Source of the DNA: an uncultured Planctomycetota bacterium | GTDB lineage: Bacteria; Planctomycetota; Planctomycetia; Pirellulales; Lacipirellulaceae | Reading direction: 5' to 3' | Length of the DNA stretch: 64,000 bases | Assembly (NCBI GenBank): GCA_963719315.1 | Contig: CAVRBU010000001.1 | Coordinates: 627,558 to 691,557 of the forward strand | Part shown: positions 54,067-64,000 of the stretch, piece by piece | Layout: each line of letters starts with the position of its first letter | Position numbering within the stretch: the first letter of the stretch is position 1 | Translations under genes and position numbers: made by a program | The notes under the pieces: generated by a model | Told to the model about the DNA's origin: nothing | Databases searched by the model: none | The model's input: only the letters and a program-made list of their open reading frames with translations

Positions 54067-56085
54067 ATGACGATCACCGCCCAACACGCCAAGTTCTTCG
54101 CACACGAGCTCACGAAGCGGTGTTCGGCGGACAGCATCGAAAAACTCGCAGGAACCCTGGTCGATGCTCAGGTCGATCTGAACCCGCACCAAATCGAGGC
54201 CGCCCTCTTCGCCTTCCATTCGCCCCTGTCGAAAGGAGCGCTCCTGGCCGACGAAGTTGGCCTGGGCAAAACGATCGAAGCGGGACTGGTTCTATCACAA
54301 AAATGGGCGGAACGAAAGCGCCGCGTGCTGGTGATCACGCCCGCGAATCTGCGTAAGCAGTGGCACCAGGAGATCCAGGAGAAGTTCTTCCTCCCGTGCC
54401 AGATTCTCGAATCGAAGTCGTATAACGCCGCAATCAAGCAGGGTCGCTTCCGACCATTCGAAGTCAACGACGCCATCGTCATCTGCTCCTACCAGTTTGC
54501 CCGATCGAAGGCGGGCAACGTCAATTCGGCAAATTGGGACCTAGTCGTTATCGACGAAGCGCACCGGCTCCGTAACGTTTATAAGCCGAGCAATGTAATT
54601 GCCAACACGCTCAAACTCGCGCTGAAAGACGCGCCCAAACTGCTCCTCACGGCGACACCGCTGCAAAACTCGCTGCTGGAGCTGTTCGGGCTCGTCAGTT
54701 TCATCGACGAGCACACTTTCGGTGTCCTAAAAAGCTTCCGTGAGCAATTCTCGCATCTCAATGATGAAGCGGTATTCGATACGCTCAAGGCGCGGCTCAA
54801 ACCCATCTGCCATCGCACGCTGCGACGCCAGGTCACGGCATACGTGCCCTACACGCTACGGCACCCGATGGTGCAGGAGTTCACGCCGGCGGAAAGCGAA
54901 GACCGGCTCTATGCGTCGGTATCCGATTACCTGCATCGCGAGAACTTGCAGGCCCTGCCAGCCAGCCAACGATCGCTAATGACCCTGGTCTTGCGTAAGC
55001 TGCTGGCTTCGTCAACCTTCGCCATCGCCGGCGCCCTCGACACGCTGATCAAACGGCTCAAAGCCAAGATCGCCCAGCAGGCTCCGGCCCAAACGCTCGA
55101 AGAGGAACTCGATGAGGACTACGAATCGCTGGACGAGACCGCCGAAGAGTGGGAAGACGGTCCGGCCGAGGCAGCACCACTTTCTGCCGAAGACATCGCG
55201 GCACTGAAGCGCGAGATCGCTGATCTGGAGGAATTCCGAGACCTTGCCATTTCGATCACTCGCAATGCCAAGGGAGACGCGCTGCTGGCCGCGCTTGACC
55301 GGGCTTTTGCCGAGGCCGATCGGCTCGGTGCGGCCCGTAAGGCGATTATCTTCACCGAATCGCGGCGCACTCAGGAATACTTGCAGCGCGTGTTGGCCGA
55401 TAGCCCACATCGCGAGGGAGTGGTTCTGTTCAACGGCTCGAACACCGATCCGCGCTCACGAGAAATCTACGCTGCCTGGTCAGAACGCCATGCGGGCACC
55501 GATCGCGTCACCGGCTCGCGAACGGCCGACATGCGGTCGGCCCTCGTCGATTACTTCCGCGAGGAGGGGCGAATCATGATCGCCACTGAGGCAGGCGCCG
55601 AAGGCATCAACCTGCAGTTCTGCCCCTGGTGGTCAACTACGATCTGCCGTGGAATCCGCAGCGTATTGAGCAACGGATCGGCCGTTGCCATCGCTACGGG
55701 CAAAAGCATGATGTGGTGGTCGTCAATTTCCTGAATCGCAACAACGAGGCCGATCAACGGGTATTCAGGCTTTTGGCGGAAAAGTTCTCGCTCTTCGAAG
55801 GCGTGTTCGGCGCCAGCGACGAGGTTCTCGGCGCGATCGAATCGGGCGTCGACTTCGAAAAACGCATCGCGGGCATCTATCAACGGTGCCGCACGCCGGA
55901 GGAGATCAAGGCGTCGTTTGACCAGCTTCAACTCGAGTTGGGCCTCCAGATCAATGACGCCATGACCCGTACGCGCCGGCAACTGCTGGAAAACTTCGAC
56001 GCCGAAGTTCATGACAAGCTGCGGGTCAGTCTCGACCAAAGCCGTGACTACCTCAACCGCTACGAACGGTTGCTAATGCAGTTTC
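54067..56085 (+). pseudogene. SNF2-family helicase, frameshift at ~55623 and apparently 3'-truncated
   Basis: [33 protein letters not shown] and [17 protein letters not shown] motifs; the frame runs into the antisense of the kinase gene. Confidence 0.8.
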
Positions 56086-57423
56086 GTGAGCCTTCGCAAT
56101 ATTCTCTTTGGCAGCAAAAAACCGTGCTTCGCGTCGCGCTGCCACGAGTCCAATCGAGGCGAGCGTCAACCCTGCCGCGAGCGCGAGAACAACAGTTGTG
56201 CCGGCCACCACGGAAAGCTTGTTCCGCCGAACGAACTTTTGCAGCCGGTACATCTGCGATGCCGCGCGGGCTTCCACGGGCTCATCGTTGAAGTAGCGCT
56301 GAAGATCCATGGCCAATGAGCTGGCTGTTTCGTAGCGGCGGTTACGGTCCTTTTCGAGGCACTTCATTACGATCCAGTCGAGCTCGCCGCTTATATCCTT
56401 GTTCAATCGGGCCGGTTCGGTGTGCCGGTTGGCGGCAATTGAAGGAAGGGCTCGGCTGGAACTGAGGCGGGTACTCGGCCGCGGTGGCTCCTCCTCGCAG
56501 ATGATCCGCAGCACTTCCTCATACGCGGCTGATCGCAGCCGCTCCTTTTCCAGCGGCGTGCTGCCCGCGAGTACTTCGTACAACAAGACACCGAGCGAGT
56601 AGATGTCACTGCGAGTGTCGACGTCGAGCTGGTTGAAGCGGGCCTGCTCGGGGCTCATATATTCGAACGTGCCGACGATCTGCCCGTACTGCGTGAACAT
56701 TGTGCGTTCGGTGAGCTGTTGAGCGGTGGCCTTGGCGACGCCGAAGTCAATTACTTTGGGGACGGGCTTGCCGTCATATTCCGCGACCAGCACGTTCGAT
56801 GGTTTCAGGTCGCGGTGGATAATGCCCTTCTGATGGGCGTGCTGGACCGCTTGGCAGACTGAGGCCATCAGTTCCAGCCTCGCGCGGACCGGAAGGTGCT
56901 GCTGATCGCAATACTCGGTGATTGGCACGCCCTTGACGAGGTCCATCACGAAGTAGGGGCGGCCCGATTCGGTCGCTCCCGCATCAAGCACCCGGGCGAT
57001 ATTCGGATGGTCCATCAAGGCCAGGGCCTGGCGCTCGGCCTCGAAACGGGCGATCACTTGCCGGGTATCCATGCCGGCCTTGATGATCTTGAGCGCCACG
57101 CGGCGGCGGACCGGCGCTTGCTGGTCGGCCATGTACACCACGCCCATGCCCCCTTCGCCGATCTGCTCTAGCAGTTTGTAAGGGCCGATCAGCGTGCCGA
57201 GACTTTCCTGAACGTTCTCGTGGTCGGGCAACAGGGCCGTTGCCGGCGACCGCTCAAGAAAATCGCCGGCCCCAAAATGTGCCGCCAGTAGCGCGTCGAC
57301 ACGATGCCGCAGCTCGGCATTCCCGCCGCAAGCGCGCTCGACGTATTTCCCACGCTCCTCCGGCGACGAAAGCTCGATCGCGGCGCAAAAGATCTCATCC
57401 ACAGTGGATATATAGTCACTCAT
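56053..57423 (-). CDS. Hanks-type Ser/Thr protein kinase with TM, C-terminal sensor region apparently lost
   Basis: [25 protein letters not shown] and DIYSLG motifs; ends ~25 aa after the TM. Confidence 0.88.
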   Translation of the reverse strand: MSDYISTVDEIFCAAIELSSPEERGKYVERACGGNAELRHRVDALLAAHFGAGDFLERSPATALLPDHENVQESLGTLIGPYKLLEQIGEGGMGVVYMADQQAPVRRRVALKIIKAGMDTRQVIARFEAERQALALMDHPNIARVLDAGATESGRPYFVMDLVKGVPITEYCDQQHLPVRARLELMASVCQAVQHAHQKGIIHRDLKPSNVLVAEYDGKPVPKVIDFGVAKATAQQLTERTMFTQYGQIVGTFEYMSPEQARFNQLDVDTRSDIYSLGVLLYEVLAGSTPLEKERLRSAAYEEVLRIICEEEPPRPSTRLSSSRALPSIAANRHTEPARLNKDISGELDWIVMKCLEKDRNRRYETASSLAMDLQRYFNDEPVEARAASQMYRLQKFVRRNKLSVVAGTTVVLALAAGLTLASIGLVAARREARFFAAKENIAKAHETALATVRSG

Positions 57424-57491
57424 CGCGGGAACCTCCCGGGGATCCCTCTATTAGACAGTGCGACATCGGCGCGTCGGATGGCTCACCTTTT

Positions 57492-58052
57492 TTATTCGCC
57501 CGGGGATAATGCGTTGTACAGCCAGGCCCGCGAGTAGGCCCAATACCGCTTGGCGGTGGCCGGGGAGATATCCATCGCGGCCGCGGCCTCCTCCACCGTC
57601 AGACCGGCGAAATATCGGAGTTTGACGAGATCCGCCTTGGCCGGCGCCTCAACGGCCAGCTTGGCCAGCGCTTCGTCCAAGGCCAGAAGATCGTCCGACG
57701 GGGCACTCGAAATGGAGCAAGCCTCGTCCAAATCGACCCGCGACCGCTCGCCGCCATGCTTGATCCGCTGTTTACGCCGCGCGGTTTCGACCAGAATCCG
57801 CCGCATCGCCTCGGCTGCGGCCGCAAAGAAGTGACCGCGGCTGTTCCACTGTTGTGTCTCGTCGACGTTTACCAGCCGGACGTAGGCCTCGTGAACTAAA
57901 GCCGTGGCCTGCAGCGTTTGCCCCGGCTTCTCGTGAGCCAGTCGTGCCGCTGCCAGCTTCCGCAGCTCGCTGTATACCAGCGGCAAGAGCTGCTCGGCGG
58001 CACCCGGATCGCCCGATTCGATTTGAGATAAGATGAGTGTGACGTTGGTCAT
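57492..58052 (-). CDS. ECF sigma-70 factor, TIGR02999 (planctomycete) family
   Basis: LLPLVYSELRKLAA, TLQATALVHEAY, HFFAAAAEAMRRILV and LRYFAGL motifs. Confidence 0.93.
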   Translation of the reverse strand: MTNVTLILSQIESGDPGAAEQLLPLVYSELRKLAAARLAHEKPGQTLQATALVHEAYVRLVNVDETQQWNSRGHFFAAAAEAMRRILVETARRKQRIKHGGERSRVDLDEACSISSAPSDDLLALDEALAKLAVEAPAKADLVKLRYFAGLTVEEAAAAMDISPATAKRYWAYSRAWLYNALSPGE

Positions 58053-58529
58053 GGACGCTAATTATAACGTCGTGTCATTGCGGAATCTCGGCTAGTAGAA
58101 GGCAGGCGTCAGGCCCGCCGCAACGTGGTCCCAAATACCTTCCTTTGACGCGACGTTTCAGGGCCCCAAAACTGCTCCGCGTCTCAGTCTGAGATAACGT
58201 ACGACTTTCCAACACAGAAAATCTGTGCCAGAAAGCAACCGCGTCGACTGGTTTAGAGACGCCCATTGACGCCGGCCAGTCGTTTCTAAATGGGTGGTTT
58301 GACGCGGCATCGGCAGCTTGAAAGAACCGCGCTCGCTTTGACCGTATCTTTACTTGCGGGAAGCCGGCAAACCCACACGTCGACGCCCGATCACTAAGGG
58401 CCGCTCGAATTGGTGCAACCGACCCTGCGACTTGTGTTATATTGAGGACGGGTCATCTGCAACTGGTGATCACTCGTCTTGTCGCTCTGTACTTCATGTG
58501 CCAGGAGGCTGGCGGCTGGGAGGTGTCTA

Positions 58530-59597
58530 ATGAATGCGGCCCGAACGTATCGGCCTCTAATTGTTTTCGGGTTTCTGTGCGTGGCCGCCAGCTCAGCAAT
58601 GGCTGCCAGCGTGTTTGTGGGAGATCAAGGCGGTGGGAGCGCGCGTGACCCCGCTGCGATTCATGAATTCCTCAGCACGACTGGGTATCAATCCCAACTC
58701 GTGAGTGGGGATGGCATCTGGACTGATCCACTCGACATGGCGGCCGATCAAACAACTGGCGATGTGATCGTGCTCGACGTGGGAGCAGGGGCTGTGACTT
58801 ATCCGCCGCGATTGTTGCGGTTCGATGGGGAATCGGGTGCACGTGCGGAAGTCGCCAGCGGCCAAGACTTGTGGATCGATCCGCTGGCAGTGACAGTTGA
58901 CCGCAACGGCGACATCGTGGTGCTCGACAAGGGAGGCGGGGCGGTTTTTCTTGAGCCCGCACTTCTGCGGTTCGATGGGCAGACAGGCCAACGGACAGTG
59001 ATCGCTGCCGGTCAAGATCTTTGGCACAACGCAGTAGACCTGGTGGCGGATCCGTTGACCGGCGATGTTTTCGTCCTGGACTTGGGCGGCGCGGCGGCCC
59101 GCGATCTGCCCGCTGTTCGGAGATTCAATCGACTTACGGGCGATGCAACAATCGTCGCCGAAGGGCCCGATTTGTGGTACGACGCTACGAAGATCACGGC
59201 AGACGCAAACGGTGACGCGATCGTACTCGATCTTGGTGGAGCAGCTTTAACACGGCTGCCGCGACTTCTGCGATTCGATGGTCAGAGCGGCGATCGGACG
59301 GAGACCGTTAGTGGCAGTGATCTTTGGTACAACCCAATTGATCTCGACGTTGATCTGTCGACGGGTAATATCGTTGTCTTGGACCGCGGGGGCGGGGCGG
59401 TTTTTCTGTTACCGACGTTGCGGTCGTTCGACGGTGTAACGGGCAACGCGTCGGCCATCGCCGAAGGGACCGATCTCTGGGTGAGCGCATTTGCAGTTGC
59501 GGTGGTGGTTCCCGAACCGAGCACGGGAATGTTGTGCCTGCTCGCTTGCCTGTTTGTAGTCAGGATCGACATTCGACGCCGTATGACGACGAGTTAG
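58530..59597 (+). CDS. PEP-CTERM beta-propeller protein with ~50-aa tandem repeats
   Basis: Signal peptide; repeats of G.DLW.DP.....D..GD..VLD.GGGA....P.LLRFDG..G; VPEP+TM+RRR. Confidence 0.85.
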   Translation: MNAARTYRPLIVFGFLCVAASSAMAASVFVGDQGGGSARDPAAIHEFLSTTGYQSQLVSGDGIWTDPLDMAADQTTGDVIVLDVGAGAVTYPPRLLRFDGESGARAEVASGQDLWIDPLAVTVDRNGDIVVLDKGGGAVFLEPALLRFDGQTGQRTVIAAGQDLWHNAVDLVADPLTGDVFVLDLGGAAARDLPAVRRFNRLTGDATIVAEGPDLWYDATKITADANGDAIVLDLGGAALTRLPRLLRFDGQSGDRTETVSGSDLWYNPIDLDVDLSTGNIVVLDRGGGAVFLLPTLRSFDGVTGNASAIAEGTDLWVSAFAVAVVVPEPSTGMLCLLACLFVVRIDIRRRMTTS

Positions 59598-59892
59598 TTT
59601 CTCTCGGCCTTGACTGCGGTCCTACGGCTACATTATTCATGCGATCAAGGCAATGAGCTGATGGGCGGCCTTCGGTAGCGCGGTGTACTGTGCGCAATGA
59701 TACGACCACATCGCCTCTTCACCAGCGGCTACCGGCAATGCCAACATTCGGTCTATTCTCAGGACGTGTTGGAAAACGTATCGCAAAACGAACTGAGAGG
59801 CGGTCAAACGATGGGCTGCTGATAAAAAAGCCCCGCCAGACCAAAGGGTCGGACGAGGCATGTGTCGGTTGTTACTACATGGCCCCAGCGTT

Positions 59893-60828
59893 TCAGGTCC
59901 GGCGAAACTTCTTCCGCAGAGTGGCCAAGCCAAGGCCGGCAAAGCCTGCGAGGCCAAGAATGAGCGTCGAGGGCTCGGGCACCGCGACGACCTGGTTATT
60001 CACGATGTGAGCGTCGACCGAATTCGCAGTGAAGCCGACGGGGAGATTAAAAACAGGGCCGGTGCTGGCAAAGGAAAACGTGTGACTGAAGTCGGAGTTG
60101 GCCTGGGCCGAACCCCCGGTGCCGATTCCCGAACTGATGATGGTATCGGCAGACGTGGAAAGCCTTATTTGCACGTCAAACGGAACGCCCGACTGGACGT
60201 TGAAAGTGGGAGTGATGATTTGCGGATTACCACTGCCCCAGGCGGCCAGCATTCCAGTGGTACTCAGGAACGGCGCAAATCGAGTGTCGGCTTTTTCTGC
60301 ACGGCTGCCGGAACCAACAAGCGCCCCATTGATATAGACCCAGATAACCGATTGGACGGAGGCGACTGCTGCTGTCGAACCGGCGTCGGCGGCGCTGCCG
60401 AACAAAAAGCCTCCGGTTAATTCCATGTTGAGAGAGGTTGAAACGGTAGCTCCGACGGGGCCGTTGTCCACCATGGCCGAATAGGTCGCGGTCGCCGTTG
60501 ACGATGCTCCCAGACTATAAATCCCAACGACAAACGGCTGTGTGAGTTCGGCGTATGTGTGCGAGCGAACCCCGTAACCGCCCGCAAGCGAGTCCGCCGT
60601 GGCGTGTACACCGGTGCTAAAATTAGGGGTAAAAGTGACACCGCCCCCCGCTTCAACGCCGAGGTCGAGGGAGTAGCTCTGGGGAAATGGGGGTATTCCG
60701 CTGTCAGGAGTTGACCCGGCAGTGCCATCTACGTGATAAAGGGCCGCCAGCGCGGGAAAAGGGCATCCCAAAAACAGCGCCGAACTCAAGACCACGAGAG
60801 CGCAATTTCGCTGATGAACTCTATGCAT
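59893..60828 (-). CDS. PEP-CTERM sorting-domain protein
   Basis: Signal peptide; Ser/Thr/Gly-rich; PVFNLP.G.T.NS; VPEP+TM+RKK. Confidence 0.85.
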   Translation of the reverse strand: MHRVHQRNCALVVLSSALFLGCPFPALAALYHVDGTAGSTPDSGIPPFPQSYSLDLGVEAGGGVTFTPNFSTGVHATADSLAGGYGVRSHTYAELTQPFVVGIYSLGASSTATATYSAMVDNGPVGATVSTSLNMELTGGFLFGSAADAGSTAAVASVQSVIWVYINGALVGSGSRAEKADTRFAPFLSTTGMLAAWGSGNPQIITPTFNVQSGVPFDVQIRLSTSADTIISSGIGTGGSAQANSDFSHTFSFASTGPVFNLPVGFTANSVDAHIVNNQVVAVPEPSTLILGLAGFAGLGLATLRKKFRRT

Positions 60829-61211
60829 GTAACTGTTCTCCTCGTCCGGGCGGCCGGTCACCGCGAGTGCATCAATGGCGTGAAGCAAAATTGCTTTGGA
60901 CGAAATGTCGAGATCAGCCTATGCGGATTGAGGAGCTGTGACAACTCTTTTCCGGAAAGAAAGTCCAGGAAGGATAAGCGGATGCGGCTAAACACCCTGC
61001 CGAAAAGGGTTGGATAGATGACGTGCTTTGCGGTCAAAATGACCGCCGAGTGTCAACCCGGCCGCGGAGACGAGTTTCTGACGCAGCCTGGAGCGTGCCG
61101 AAAAAGGGGTGCCGGATTGCTCGCAGCACGCCGGCGATCGGCCGCCGGATCGGCGTCTCACGAGGGGCGATAGACGGCACTGTCACGCGCTAACGACTTG
61201 CTGGAACTGTT

Positions 61212-63856
61212 CTATGCGGCCCAGCCTCGCCGGAGAAACAAGCCAGCAGCCGCTAATATCAGCAGCACGAACGCCGTCGGTTCAGGGACGGCGGCATTTG
61301 CGCTGGAACCGGCGCCGCTGCCGGCGGTTTGACCGAAGTGGGCGCGCCAAGTGTTGTAGTCGTCTGAGGTGTAGACGCCACCGGGGTTCTTGCGCCAGAC
61401 GGTGTAATCAGCGGCATCGACGATGCCGTTTCCGTTGTAGTCGCCCGGCAAGAGCACGATGAGCGAGACACTATTGGCGTTGTAAACGACGTTCCACGTG
61501 AGGTTGCCGGTCAGGGAGGGAAGCGCTTCGGTGCCGAAGGTGCCGCTGATCCCGCCGACGGCCGAGACGATTTCAAATGAGTCGCCGAGCGAGGGCATGA
61601 AGTTGTCGAGCAGGGCGACGGTTAGCGTTCCGCCGAGCGATGCTATGCCGGCGATGTCGAGCGTGTCGAACTCCGTGCCGGCGGTGGTGCCGGCGAGTTC
61701 AATTTCCAGATTCGCCGAGCCGCCAAGGTGGACGTTGCCGCCGAATGAGACGGCCGCGGGACTGGAGCCGGGCTTGAGGTCGCCTTCGAAATAGTTCGTG
61801 CCGGTACCGGTGAACGGGCCGGGGCCCGAGACACTTCCCAGGAAGACAGCGTTGCTTCCGGCGCTGGTGCGAATTTCACTACTGACGGCGTTGTGATTGA
61901 CATCGTCGTAGAAGGTGACCGTGGCGCCGCCGGAGATGATGATTTTGGCAAAGCCTATATTGGTCACGTCTCCCAGGACATCGCTGTCACCGGTAAACGC
62001 GACATTGCCGGTGTTGTTTAGCCCGCCGTTGAACACCAGGGTACCGTGCCCGCCGATGAAAGCGCCGAAGGTGTTGAGGACGGCGTCGGCGAACTCGACG
62101 GTGCCTCCCAAAAGGTTGATCTCGGCGTCGGCGAAGTTGTTATTGGCGCCTGCACTGTTGTAGCTGAACAGGATCCGCTTCCCTGTTTCGGCGCGAACCT
62201 CGCCGGTGGCCTGATTACTGAGGCGATTACCGATTTGTCCGTTGCCACGAATGAGGCCGTTGTTCGTGAGGTATCCGCCGGTCAATTGCAGGCTGGACGT
62301 TCCCAGATCGATTTCGCCGTTGTTCGTGATCGTGGCGGCGGAATGGAGCGTGCCCTGCCCCGTAATGCGGCCGCCCGGCCCGATGGTTGTGGCGCCGCTA
62401 ACAGAGATCAGCGAACTGCTGGGCAGGTCGAGCGTGGTGGTGCCCGTGCTGGCGTCGATTTCGAGCGACGCCAGGGTCACAGCCCCGGTAGGCCCGGTAA
62501 TCGTCACGCCGATATCGGGCTTGATTAAGGTGGGAACGACGTCGCGGGGCGTACGGCCGATCCACCAGTTGGCCGCGCCATCCCAGTTGCCGCCTGATTC
62601 GCTCGTCCAGCGGTAATCGGGAATGGCGACGTAGTTCACGGTGGCGCCGCTGCCGCCATAATTGCCGACATTGAATGCCACGGCGCCGTCGTCCAGCGCC
62701 TGTCCATAGGACCCCATACCGGAGATACTGTAGCCATCGATCTCGTCAGAGTTTTGAGCGACTTTGACGACGGTCGAACCGTCCATGGTCGCAAAAACTC
62801 CTTGCAACACACCGCCGCCGTCACCGAGGAAAGATACATTGCCATCGTCGTCGAACGAATATCCCTGCCCGCCGCCAAAATTATTGAGCATGCCATCGAC
62901 ATCGGCTATGTAGGTGGACTGGTCAACAATTACTAAGAGCGTGCCGCTGGAGTACTTGTAAAGTCCAAATGAATCGTTCGAAGCACGTCCGCCGATGAAC
63001 GCAATGATCCCATTGCGAATGTTGGCTCCCACTCCCTCATTCTTGTCGAATCCGCCAAAGTTCATCGCAGTGCCTGGAATCGGCGTATTCCGGTCAGCGA
63101 TGACCGTCAGCACGCCGCCGATCTCGGCAAAGATTCCATCTTGGGTCGGACCACCATTTCCCAGGAATGCAATGTCGCCGTTGTCGATTGATGGACTGCT
63201 GACCGGATCGCCATTTAAAAGGAATCCCCCGAAACTGGTAAATTTGCCGGTGCCACCCGGGATGGCCGTGTTAGTATCGGCGACGCGGCGAATGGTGCCG
63301 CCGGAGGCGACGTAGATGCCGTCCTGACCGCCTGAGCCGAATCCGCGAAAGACCGTTTCTTCCCTCGTAGTACCAGGGTCGGCTGAAATCGATGAACGTT
63401 CTGGTGCCATCGGGAATGACGGTTGTCAGGTCGGCCACCGGCGTGATGACGCCGCCATTGGCGAGGTAGACGCCCAACTCTCCGTCGGTTCCGGTCGCCC
63501 GAAACGTCACGATACCGTGCTCTTGGGTCGGCACATCGAAACTGGAAAAATTGCCGGTGCTGCCGGGGATGGCCATGTTCGCATCGACAACCACGTCAAC
63601 CGTTCCGCCGTTGTAAGTGTATATCCCCGTTTGCGATCCAGTCCCCGCGCCTTTAAAAGGCGACGATGTTGCCGCAGATGCTTGGGAGTACGACCTGAGT
63701 AAAGTTGCCCGTGCCTCCGGGGATGGGCGTGTGGGTGTCGGCGATGTTGACGAAATCATACGTAGCTGCGGCCGACGAAGAAATGACAAGCAGGAGCGAG
63801 GGCATGGTTAGCACGACGACTGCCAATCGACGCCTGCGATACGGAGAGGATGGCAT
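61212..63856 (-). CDS. PEP-CTERM protein with N-terminal tandem repeats, beta-helix and dockerin-like tail; frameshifts at ~63365 and ~63655
   Basis: Repeats (V/I)AD.NT.IPGGTG.F..F...P.I..G..AF across three ORF segments; GDYNGNGIVDAADYTVWR; VPEP. Confidence 0.8.
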
Positions 63857-64000
63857 GGCGAGTTCCTCCGAATATCTCATCGAATAGAAAAAGTGTCACG
63901 GGTTATCGAGTTGCTGGGAATTCCTATGCGGCTCGGCGTCGCCAGAGACACCAGCCAGCTACCGCCCACATCAGCAGCACCAAGCTTGCCGGTTCGGGCA

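Noticed and set aside
58700..59500. Tandem DNA repeats as a DGR template/variable pair
   Set aside because: They are protein-level propeller repeats without adenine-specific variation, and there is no reverse transcriptase in the window.

Overview
GC-rich bacterial DNA, very probably Planctomycetota (Pirellulales, Lacipirellulaceae-like). The evidence is PEP-CTERM proteins with GDYNxxxxVDAADYTVWR tails, a TIGR02999 ECF sigma/Ser-Thr kinase pair and a prenyltransferase-repeat protein. Four zones are visible. (1) 1-13 kb, mostly core genes: TIGR00300, a long disordered protein, prkA(yeaG)-yeaH-spoVR, hemQ, an intact IS630 and an IS630 remnant. (2) 13.6-30.6 kb, two convergent catabolic operons bookended by two non-canonical GGT paralogs. 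(3) 30.6-56 kb, an accessory/defence island: gene fragments and a phage-like remnant, a translationally coupled 4-gene operon (DUF6361-like, double-PLD nuclease, SF2 helicase, ArdC-like HExxH metallopeptidase), a complete IS21, a giant PEP-CTERM protein, an AbiE toxin-antitoxin pair, a DUF2924/large serine recombinase module and a truncated SNF2 helicase. (4) 56-64 kb, ECF sigma/kinase plus three PEP-CTERM genes. The most notable observations are the 4-gene candidate anti-phage operon and a family of palindromic heptamer-repeat elements, several of them translated as in-frame peptide insertions inside enzymes. About 13 small frameshifts after 17 kb may be long-read errors. I saw no rRNA, tRNA, CRISPR array or reverse transcriptase. 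All family assignments come from motif recognition by eye, not from database searches.
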